A stretch of 64,000 bases of DNA, taken from contig JAJDCD010000005.1 of assembly GCA_029261035.1 (NCBI GenBank), forward strand, positions 27,516 through 91,515, in the 5' to 3' direction. Shown here piece by piece: positions 54,201 through 61,807 of the stretch (position 1 is its first letter; the number at the start of each line of letters is the position of its first letter). The translations under genes were made by a program, and so were the position numbers. The DNA is from Candidatus Omnitrophota bacterium (GTDB lineage: Bacteria > Omnitrophota > Omnitrophia > Omnitrophales > JACROU01). The notes under the pieces are model-generated. The model worked only from the letters and a program-made list of their open reading frames with translations, was not told the origin of the DNA and made no database searches.

Positions 54201-57200
54201 CATTATTTTGGCTGTGCGAGAGCATTCTATGAAAGGTGTAGAGAAGAAAATGTCTGAAGCGGGTTATGTTGTGGATGTGTCAGAAATGGACGAGGGCTAT
54301 CGTGATTTAGTTTCAGAACCCCTTTATCAATTACATGATCCAGAACGTGATGATATTGCATTTTCTGAGCAAGAGACGGTGGAAGAAAGACGTTATTTTA
54401 GAGATTTTTTTGCATTTAATGTGATTGCTTATATCAAACGATTAGATGAGTTTAAAGATATTTTTAATCGTTTAGACACGGAAGTGGTATCTCTTATTTA
54501 TAAAAATTTGGTGGAGCTCTTATCGGCCCCTGAAATAGAAGCGTTAATTACTGAAGTAATGCCATTTGTTACGGAATCTCTTAGCATTACGAAGCCAGAG
54601 CTTATTCGAAAAAAAGCGGAAGAAGTTTTTTATCAATATGCTGTTGAGAAGAAAGGTTTTGATATCTTGACGGTTCTTGAAATGGCAAAAACCTTAGCGA
54701 AGCTTGAGTATACATCCTCTACTTATGTTGCTGGATTGGATCAGGAAGTTGTTGAACGAATTCGGAGGGTGAGGGAGGTTGCTTCTAGTGAGGAAAGGGA
54801 AGTCGATAATGCAGCTATTGAAACAGACGAATCTGATGGGGAGCAGGTAAACCTTGTTTTGGAACAGCTTGAATCTAATATTACGCAATATAAGATTGAA
54901 GGAGAGTTGGCACCTTTAGTCTCTAAGGCAACATCTATATTTGAAGATAGAACTCTTTTCCTAGAGACGCTTAATCGCTATGCAGAGACTCGGGATTTAT
55001 CTTTCTTGCAACAACGAGCTAAAGAATTAGAAGAATCAGGTTTTTATTCTTTGGTTAAAGGAAACCTTAATGACATTATTATCTTTGCACGAGATCAGGG
55101 ATTAGTTTCTAAAGAGGTTTTTTCACAATGGACAAAGTTTTTTCCAAAGAAACTTAAAAAGAAAAAAAACAAAAAGAAAAAAATTATTTCTACAGCAAAA
55201 TACAAATACACAGATGCAGAATTGTTGCTTTTGTTTCAAGATATGTTTCTTGGAGAAATAGCCACGGCGCAACTTCCTAAAAGTTCACGATTTCAAGATA
55301 TTCATATGATTTACGGTTCTTTTGATACTTATATGAGAAAAAAAGATTTTGAAGCGATGGAACCTGCTTTGAACGCAGCTATTCGGAAAGCAGAAGCTGA
55401 GAAACGACCAGTGATTTATATTAAAGAAGAACCTCAGTTAAATGTAGGTGATTTTTGGAAGTACCTTGGAATGTTGGAATATGTTCATAATAAGAAAGGG
55501 GCCGATTATTATCGATTTGTTGTAGGTGAGGGAGAATCGGCGCAAACCTTGTCTAAAATAGAAAATATTCCTGCAAATCAGATCCAAAATTTGCTTGTAG
55601 AAATAAGCCAATGGCAAAGAGAAGGAGTGGATGCTCTTACGATGTGGGGACGTGTAATTTTTCGAAGGGAGAAATTTGAAAAGTTAGTGGAAGAAATTTT
55701 TAAACTTGATTATCAATTGAGAATTAAAGGGGGCAGGAAATTAGAAAACTATAATATAGAGAATTTTCCTCCTTTTCAAAAAAGAATGTATCAGTGGTTG
55801 CAAGACTTAAATCAACGATTTGAAGTAGGTGAATTAAATATCCCTCATTTTTATTTTGAGCAAGATGATTTAATCGATTATGAAGGCCGAATGCAGTTTT
55901 TTAGATTTCAGATCTCTCAAATGAGATTGATGCGGGCTCTTTCTGAAGGGGAGGAAAAAGTTCTCCAGCATTTACAAGAGCAAGCCATTATGTGGAAAAA
56001 GGTGCTTGAGGCAAGGAGACATTCTTTGATAAATCAAATTAAACATTTAAAAGCAAAGAATCCAAGAGCGACGATTATTGTTGTTCGAGACCATATTTTT
56101 CAAGGAGTGCATGAGCCTTTACTTCAAAATGGTTTCGATGTGCATGTTCATCGATACCTTGATTCTTTAAAGTCAGATACTTTGTTAACGCGTGTATATC
56201 AAAATACAAAAAATTCAACAAGGGTAAGTGAAGAGGATCAATTACGTCACCTTGTTGCTTTTAGACTTTTAGATCGATTGAAAGATGATGAAGCGTATAA
56301 GGAGTATCTAAATACATTAGAAAATCAACGTATGGGCAGAATCTATGAATATTTCTTTAAGAGTTTTACAAGGGGGCAGCTGAAGTTCCTTTTTGATGAG
56401 ATTGTTAAGCCTAACTCCTTCGGAAAGAATGAATCTGAATCTAACTCAATTTTAACTGAGGGAATTTTTGATTTTGCTAAACTTACTTTTGATGTTTCTG
56501 TTGAACGTCTTCGTGCTATTGCGGATACAGAGGAAGAATTGGAGTTGATGGGTGCCCAAACAGTTGTGTCCAAATTTGAAGATTGGGAAGCTATAGCTCT
56601 GTTTCAGCGAAACTTAAAGGAGCAGTATGACTTAGTACAAAAAGAAACTCAAAAACCAGAAGAACCTTTAGAAGATGTGTTTGCAAGTAGCTCTGATGAT
56701 GCTGTAGTTATAGATGAAGATGCGATTCCAGAAGCTTCTGTTCCGTTGTTACCTGAACCTACTATCGAAGAACCTAAAAATGAGATCCCTGAAAATAATG
56801 CTGAAGGTGTGGCCCAAGAAGAGGTTTTTTTGGCAAGTTCTGCAGAACCTGAAGTAGAATCTCTTTCTAGTGAAGTTGTCGAAGTGCAGGTTAATGCAGT
56901 GGGTGAGTCAGCTCGAGCGTCTGAAGAAATTGCAACTCCAGAAATCGTTCTACCCACAAAGAGAAATGCGGAAGAATTATTTAAGTTTGTTGCTGAATTA
57001 TCTGAGCTAAACCCAGACACTAAAAAAATAGTTGTGGAATTATTTTTTTATGAGCTAGGGAGACTTCTTTCTTTTCAATATCTATCAGGAAAAGGTGTTG
57101 GTGAAGAGATGCTTAAACATATAGAAGTGAACTTTGATAATGGCTCCGTTCAGTGGTCTGTGATGGAAGTTGCTCAAATAGATAGTGACCCTACACTCTT

Positions 57201-58125
57201 CTCAAAAGTTTTGAGTCAAGTTTATGAACTTGCTCAATCCTTTGATGGAGTTGAAGAAAAAGAACGCTATTTCTTTTTCTTTATCGAAGGAATTAAAACT
57301 ACTTTTGGAGAGGACTTAAAAGGTTATAAAGCATTTTTGCGAACTTTTTATGGGCCTTTGAAAACAGTAACGAGTAAAGCAGCTGCAATTAGTAATTTGA
57401 TGAGAAAGTTTGTGCTGAGAGTAAGGTCTGTAGAGGTTTCAGGAGATGCAGATGCGCCGATGGACATCATTAAGAATTATGTACTTTCAGAGGCGAAGTC
57501 ATTAGGAGAAGGAGATTTGTTGAATTCCGCGAAGGCTTCTCGAGTCTTTGCCTATGAAATTCTGGGGTTTGAATTTTATGATCCAGGGAATGAGATGGAT
57601 TACATTAAAATTATGGAAGAGTGGGGGTATGGAGCTTTAGCTTATAATTTAGATCAGAGAGTCCTTATTTTGGAACCTTCTTTTGTAAAAGCGCAATGGT
57701 CTCAGATTCAGATTTTAATGGGGTTGGGAGTGAAGTTTGTGGTTTATGGTGAAGAAGAGAGCTTAACTCCAGAATTGCTTCAATGGATTCGAGAGATTGA
57801 AATGATTTCTTTTATACGTAAGCAAGATGGGGCTTTATTACACCAACTTAAAATAGAATTGCGTAGGAATGTGAATGTAGAGCAGGTTGTATTTGTAGGT
57901 CGAGAAGCGATTGCACGCGATGATATCTTTCAGTTTGTTTATCCTGATCCCTTTGAATTAGCCCCTGAAACCCCGGTTCTTTTACAAGCGTTGTACCTTT
58001 TTAAAAACAGAGACTTTTTTAATGATTGGATCGAAAACAACCAATTGGTATTTCGTTTGGAATTATTAACCCAGCAGCTCATGGATGGACAACAAGTTCT
58101 CTTAGCTCTTAAACGAGCGGCTTAG
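51202..58125 (+). CDS. Giant modular exported protein F (2307 aa): QNAH/GGFH domain, duplicated Lys-rich-led domain, acidic linker, ends KRAA
   Basis: TTG start; signal peptide; AASLG 53059, AKSLG 57493; internal ~500-aa duplication. Confidence 0.88.
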   Translation: MFFIKLFNQFVSFVLIFILAFPSPGMTQSVSSLLTSSLNSQGSLIHISSNIGEVKEVYKGDSPYFILHIQNAHANETAQRNVEAILKQVYQKDFYPLIQLEGSDAQLDPEVFHFFPNSELNIRVADEAVRRGLLTGAELFALTLNEKGYSNLKSPTPLIQGVEEIKAYTQSLKRIQSGLKQKNQFEASLNRVQTQMNKEQSLGWNKELFEFSRKTQNFKSNPNSILKYIHYLNKLMQKHLNIDLSHSFYQKQYPYVCRILKLQELEISQFQLSAKQEVDRLEKDIQGWNQSEESVKQGLVQGLQALKANLDSHPEGNIRSFFEILYLEAEKNKFSWMSFEAFKKWAAFLIIQQEVKGVDLYQELEQLTSQLYKRFVKTKEEQYLLDRSRLWEFIAKILRFELTSQDWKEYLLLKESFSLLVGESELQEGVDNAVEFYQLSEARNKVLFQNTLENLKKHNKEKTVLVTGGFHTSGITRLMREEGISYVVVSPKMGSDYEVTGYQQQLLNLNEELDASTLELPLRTMRDIDDLNRHHLDVKAQLNMELDLVLQFFPEWVKGESDLELIAKRLRDVIERHPHLNRVGYKILVEEGRIRVLNPNGEEYHRLSKKDLNVSTSMNAASLGAPIFMDMESFASDLIYLYERLDPKRFDSEAVKLQNNSKEILEVKSKVFDVLERLATKRVIHVSVKIALEKLFNPKKKGGKKGKKIKLIRNSKYRFSEVQILLLLRELLLHDGEELSSLPKHPQYEDIHLVYSFHENHASTRDFEIIAGELDKVVQKAHQEERPLVVISDVDYMGYDELIDYLTGKENGIKQQLNGKYKFGLGKIQSLSATSVKAVFARISAMLKEGYDEPTIITSLMNKDEVFQKLLIELVGKHWEHERKKAKDIREFVKKEPETPFHKAYVEWLYELDKQIRAKKLKVKAFSHLLETTPTGSMSEKRVMLNILFMRALQALKRGDMEKVNYFIKGFNRFMIDLTRVRKEALALQIQDIKRSKPNAIILAVREHSMKGVEKKMSEAGYVVDVSEMDEGYRDLVSEPLYQLHDPERDDIAFSEQETVEERRYFRDFFAFNVIAYIKRLDEFKDIFNRLDTEVVSLIYKNLVELLSAPEIEALITEVMPFVTESLSITKPELIRKKAEEVFYQYAVEKKGFDILTVLEMAKTLAKLEYTSSTYVAGLDQEVVERIRRVREVASSEEREVDNAAIETDESDGEQVNLVLEQLESNITQYKIEGELAPLVSKATSIFEDRTLFLETLNRYAETRDLSFLQQRAKELEESGFYSLVKGNLNDIIIFARDQGLVSKEVFSQWTKFFPKKLKKKKNKKKKIISTAKYKYTDAELLLLFQDMFLGEIATAQLPKSSRFQDIHMIYGSFDTYMRKKDFEAMEPALNAAIRKAEAEKRPVIYIKEEPQLNVGDFWKYLGMLEYVHNKKGADYYRFVVGEGESAQTLSKIENIPANQIQNLLVEISQWQREGVDALTMWGRVIFRREKFEKLVEEIFKLDYQLRIKGGRKLENYNIENFPPFQKRMYQWLQDLNQRFEVGELNIPHFYFEQDDLIDYEGRMQFFRFQISQMRLMRALSEGEEKVLQHLQEQAIMWKKVLEARRHSLINQIKHLKAKNPRATIIVVRDHIFQGVHEPLLQNGFDVHVHRYLDSLKSDTLLTRVYQNTKNSTRVSEEDQLRHLVAFRLLDRLKDDEAYKEYLNTLENQRMGRIYEYFFKSFTRGQLKFLFDEIVKPNSFGKNESESNSILTEGIFDFAKLTFDVSVERLRAIADTEEELELMGAQTVVSKFEDWEAIALFQRNLKEQYDLVQKETQKPEEPLEDVFASSSDDAVVIDEDAIPEASVPLLPEPTIEEPKNEIPENNAEGVAQEEVFLASSAEPEVESLSSEVVEVQVNAVGESARASEEIATPEIVLPTKRNAEELFKFVAELSELNPDTKKIVVELFFYELGRLLSFQYLSGKGVGEEMLKHIEVNFDNGSVQWSVMEVAQIDSDPTLFSKVLSQVYELAQSFDGVEEKERYFFFFIEGIKTTFGEDLKGYKAFLRTFYGPLKTVTSKAAAISNLMRKFVLRVRSVEVSGDADAPMDIIKNYVLSEAKSLGEGDLLNSAKASRVFAYEILGFEFYDPGNEMDYIKIMEEWGYGALAYNLDQRVLILEPSFVKAQWSQIQILMGLGVKFVVYGEEESLTPELLQWIREIEMISFIRKQDGALLHQLKIELRRNVNVEQVVFVGREAIARDDIFQFVYPDPFELAPETPVLLQALYLFKNRDFFNDWIENNQLVFRLELLTQQLMDGQQVLLALKRAA

Positions 58126-58219
58126 TTTTCTGTTCATTCTTTCGTGAATTTGTTACAATGTTAAGCTTCAGTATTTGATATTCCTTCAACCTTTACCTTA
58201 ATGACTTCATGGGCCGTTT

Positions 58220-60220
58220 ATGAGCAGATTGTCACTTCGCAAAAAACTCTTTCTTCTTCTTTCAGGCTCTCGGCTTGTAATGCCGTTGGTGTTTGCTTGT
58301 GTTGTGGGTGTCCTTACAGGGTTTGCTGTTGTTGGTTTTGTGAACCTAATTGATTTTCTTCAAGAGTTCTTTTTTACGGGTGGTGAGAAGGCTCTTTCTT
58401 TCCTAGGTAAGTATTACATTGTTTTTATTCCTGTTATTGGTGCGTTGTTGGTTGGCCCTATCGTTACATTTATTTCTCCTGAAGCAAAAGGTCATGGTGT
58501 TCCCGAGGTAATGAAAGCTGTTGCTTTGAGGGGAGGGCGTATTCGTCCTATTGTTGTTTTGGGGAAAGCGTTAGCTTCGGCTATTGCGATTGGTTCAGGT
58601 GCTTCAGCGGGTCGTGAAGGTCCTATTGTTCAGGTGGGCTCTGCTTTGGGGTCTAGTTTTGGGCAGTGGTTTAAGTTGAGCGAATCTCGAATTAAAAACT
58701 TGGTGGCTTGTGGTGCTGCGGCAGGAATTTCAGGTGTTTTTAATGCGCCCATTGCCGGGGTGATGTTTTCGATGGAAGTTATTTTGAGGGATTTCGGGGC
58801 TAGAGCATTGAGTACCGTTGTGGTTGCTTCTGTTTCATCCAGTATTATTAGTAATATTTATTTAGGAGGATCTCCAGCGTTTGTTGCTCCAGTCTATAGT
58901 TTGTGGAGTCCTTGGGAAACGGTTCTTTATGTGGGGTTGGGGGTAATCTCGGCTTTCACAGCAGTTCTTTTTGTTTTTGTCTTGTCTAAAACTGAAGATA
59001 TTTTTGAGAAATGGAAATTTGTAGATTGGTTGAAACCTGCAGTTGGTGGGTTGCTATTGGGTGTTATTGGCCTTTATTTTCCTCAAGTATTTGGTACGGG
59101 TTTACATACGATTGAAGAGGCTCTTCATGGTCGTATGGAAATTATATTATTATTTGCTCTTGTTTTAATGAAGATTATCGCGACGTCTGTGACATTGGGT
59201 TCCGGAAGCTCTGGAGGTGTATTTGCACCAGCGCTTTTTATTGGAGCTGTTTTAGGGGGAGGTTTTGGCCGTTTGTTTTATGAGAAAATGCCTTTTCCTG
59301 TCGCCCCTCCTGGGGCTTATGCTTTGGTGGGAATGGCCAGTGTTTTTGCGGGTGCGGCTCATGCGCCTGTAACGGCTATATTGATTGTTTTTGAAATGAC
59401 TCGAGACTACCGTATGATTTTGCCGATTATGGTTGCTGTGGTGGTTTCTACATCTATATCACAGATGATTAGCAGAGAGTCTATTTATACTATTAAATTG
59501 AAGCGCAAGGGCATTGATATTGGAACGTTTGAAGAAGCAAAAGTTTTTGGTGCGATACAAGTACGAGATGCAATGAGTGAGAATTTTAAAACGGTACCTC
59601 ATGATATGCCTTCGAAAGAACTTTTTGCCCAGATGTCCCATGATAAGAATAAAACATTTTTTGTCGTAAACCACAAAGAAGAATTGGTGGGGATTGTAAA
59701 GCCTGAAGAAATGCAAGAAATCTTATTTGAAAAAAACATTCAGCTGTTGATAGCGGATGATGTTGCTATTCCTATTGCTGAGTATTGTTATCCGGATGAA
59801 TCTTTGGGAGAAGCGACCCGAGTGATGACTGTGAACGAAATTACTATTCTGCCGGTAATGGACCCAACACAACCTAAAAAAATAATAGGTGTTTTGAAAT
59901 CACAAAATATTTTTCGTACCTATGCAAATATTTCCGGGAAAAGGGAAGATCTCTTGGGGCGTTTGGAACAACAGGATGTTTCTTCGAAAGATACTTCTCA
60001 TGTTCAATTTAAGGTTTCGAAAGATTCGAGTATTGTTGGTAAAAATATTAAAGATTTGGGATTGCCTCAAGGGGTTGTTTTAACTTCGATTCATCGCAAC
60101 CATCATTTAGTTGTTCCTCAGGGGGATACGGTGGTATTCGCAAAGGATAAGATTTGGGCTGTTATTAAGCCGGAGACGGAGGCTCTTTTTAAGGAGTGGT
60201 TGAAGGCGAATAAAATTTAA
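58220..60220 (+). CDS. ClC chloride channel/antiporter with CBS pair and TrkA-C domain
   Basis: GHGVPE, GREGP, FNAPIAG, GGVFAP, FEMT and SIYT motifs, followed by CBS and RCK-C-like regions. Confidence 0.92.
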   Translation: MSRLSLRKKLFLLLSGSRLVMPLVFACVVGVLTGFAVVGFVNLIDFLQEFFFTGGEKALSFLGKYYIVFIPVIGALLVGPIVTFISPEAKGHGVPEVMKAVALRGGRIRPIVVLGKALASAIAIGSGASAGREGPIVQVGSALGSSFGQWFKLSESRIKNLVACGAAAGISGVFNAPIAGVMFSMEVILRDFGARALSTVVVASVSSSIISNIYLGGSPAFVAPVYSLWSPWETVLYVGLGVISAFTAVLFVFVLSKTEDIFEKWKFVDWLKPAVGGLLLGVIGLYFPQVFGTGLHTIEEALHGRMEIILLFALVLMKIIATSVTLGSGSSGGVFAPALFIGAVLGGGFGRLFYEKMPFPVAPPGAYALVGMASVFAGAAHAPVTAILIVFEMTRDYRMILPIMVAVVVSTSISQMISRESIYTIKLKRKGIDIGTFEEAKVFGAIQVRDAMSENFKTVPHDMPSKELFAQMSHDKNKTFFVVNHKEELVGIVKPEEMQEILFEKNIQLLIADDVAIPIAEYCYPDESLGEATRVMTVNEITILPVMDPTQPKKIIGVLKSQNIFRTYANISGKREDLLGRLEQQDVSSKDTSHVQFKVSKDSSIVGKNIKDLGLPQGVVLTSIHRNHHLVVPQGDTVVFAKDKIWAVIKPETEALFKEWLKANKI

Positions 60221-60257
60221 TCGAGTGTATTTGGGGGGTCGTTTAAGAGGTGGGTTG

Positions 60258-60347
60258 GAGAGCTTGGGTATCTGCTCGGCGCTCAGACAGCACAAAAATT
60301 GAAAGGCGATTTTTGTGAACTCGCGGCGGACAGATACCCAGGCTCTC
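60258..60347 (+). other. Structured element, copy 2 (CGCTCAGACA / AACTCGC core)
   Basis: 17-bp outer stem GAGAGCTTGGGTATCTG/CAGATACCCAGGCTCTC; 11-bp inner stem CACAAAAATTG/CGATTTTTGTG. Confidence 0.6.
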
Positions 60348-60380
60348 ATCTTAGAAAAGTTTAGTGCGTGTTAGGGATGT

Positions 60381-60500
60381 TGAAACAATAGGGGCATCGA
60401 GCCCATATTGTTTCTTGGGTTTAATGTGTTTCGTTATTGTGTAAATAACGAAACGCTTTTTTTTATTATGGGAATTAATACTAACTGCTGGGATAAAGGC
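60381..60500 (+). repeat. Dispersed ~115-bp double-hairpin element, copy 2
   Basis: Hairpins at 60382-60414 and 60428-60454; matches 12106-12221. Confidence 0.8.
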
Positions 60501-60557
60501 GTAGAAGGTGTGAGTTGTTGGTTTAGGATTCGTACGAATTCGCCTCTGGCGTAAAAG

Positions 60558-61178
60558 GTGGGTGTTATGAATAGGTATAAATGGGTTGGGGTTGTTTTGA
60601 CGGTTGTTCTGGTGGCGTCTGTTTTGCTGCTTCGGGCTGTTAATGTTTATGATCTTACTTATAAAGAAGAGGGGAAGGTTAGAGGTGGACCATCGAGCGT
60701 AGTTACTGTTGTTGAGTATAGTGACTTTCAATGTGGTATGTGTCAGGAGTTACAACCTATTTTAAAGAAGTTTTTGGAGGAACATCCTGGCAAAATTCGT
60801 CTTCAGTTTAAACATTTCCCATTAAATACACATGAGAAGGCTTTGTGGGCACACATTGCTGCTGAGAGTGCGCACAAGCAGGGAAAGTTTTGGGAGTATC
60901 ATGATTTGCTCTATCAATCTCAAAACACATGGGTTCAGGCTCAGCAAACATTGCCTTATTTTTTAGAGTATGCTAAAAAATTGGGTTTAGATTTAGAGCA
61001 GTTTGAAAGTGATTTTATTAATCCTGAAATTTTAGAAACTGTGCGTAATGAAAAGATTTCGGGGAAGAAAATAGGGTTATTTAGAACTCCGACTCTTGTT
61101 GTTGGCGATAAGATTTTTATGGGGTTGGATCAGATGAATGAATTTAAACAATATGTATTAGATCGAATTAATGAATAA
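60558..61178 (+). CDS. DsbA-family thioredoxin-fold protein, membrane-anchored
   Basis: EYSDFQCGMC, KHFPL, QGKFWEYHD and cis-Pro RTPT motifs; the start may be the ATG at 60567. Confidence 0.88.
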   Translation: MGVMNRYKWVGVVLTVVLVASVLLLRAVNVYDLTYKEEGKVRGGPSSVVTVVEYSDFQCGMCQELQPILKKFLEEHPGKIRLQFKHFPLNTHEKALWAHIAAESAHKQGKFWEYHDLLYQSQNTWVQAQQTLPYFLEYAKKLGLDLEQFESDFINPEILETVRNEKISGKKIGLFRTPTLVVGDKIFMGLDQMNEFKQYVLDRINE

Positions 61179-61186
61179 GGTGCTTT

Positions 61187-61657
61187 ATGTCTGATAAACG
61201 TAGTCTAGATTTTTTTTATTTTTCCCTCCGTGTTTTTGTAGGAGTTATTTTTGCTTATGCTGGGTTTATGAAATTATTACAACCAGCATCTATTTTTGAA
61301 ATTTCTCTTTCAAACTATCCTATTATTCCGGAAATAATTAGGCCGGCCATTTCTGTTGTTATTCCATGGATTGAATGGTTGGTGGGGGTGTTTGTGATTT
61401 TGGGTTATATGCCACGGGTATTCTTGAAAGTAGCCCTATTTTTTCTTGTTTCATTTCTCGTTTTGTTGGCGAGCGGTCCTTTAATGGGGAGGGATGTCCC
61501 TGAGAGTTGTGGGTGTTTTGGGGAGAGGGGGCTTCAAATTTCCTCCAAACTTGCTTTTTTTCTCGATTTCCTGGCCCTTATCTCTTGCGTCACTCTGATT
61601 CTAAAAAAGAAATTTCCGTTCAGTTTAGAGGGCAAGTTGAATTTAGAGCAGGGTTAG
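61187..61657 (+). CDS. MauE/DoxX-family membrane protein
   Basis: Four TM segments, PWIE and SCGCFG motifs. Confidence 0.82.
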   Translation: MSDKRSLDFFYFSLRVFVGVIFAYAGFMKLLQPASIFEISLSNYPIIPEIIRPAISVVIPWIEWLVGVFVILGYMPRVFLKVALFFLVSFLVLLASGPLMGRDVPESCGCFGERGLQISSKLAFFLDFLALISCVTLILKKKFPFSLEGKLNLEQG

Positions 61658-61807
61658 GGTCTTTACTTTTAATGCGAAATCTCCTATTATAGAAAGCCTT
61701 ATTTCAACCTTTTAACACCTTATAAGTTAAGTTGAATAATAAAGGTTTTGGAACGTCTAAAAATTTATCAGTTTATATTTTATATTCAAATAAAAAGGAG
61801 CTAAACA

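Noticed and set aside
55147-55182. A-rich run as a phase-variation or frameshift site
   Set aside because: The frame stays open, runs are interrupted, and the paralogous repeat also encodes poly-Lys, so selection appears to be on the protein.
6471-57507. SLG sites as DNA-level recombination repeats
   Set aside because: Codons differ widely (TCN and AGY Ser; TTA/TTG/CTT/CTA Leu) and there is no shared flanking nucleotide sequence.
4416-58125. Giant genes as MARTX/RTX, Rhs, CDI, autotransporter, NRPS/PKS or intein-containing proteins
   Set aside because: No GGxGxD or YD repeats, hemagglutinin repeats, beta-barrel terminus, C80 CPD motifs, A/C/KS domains or intein HN-[CST] junctions were seen.
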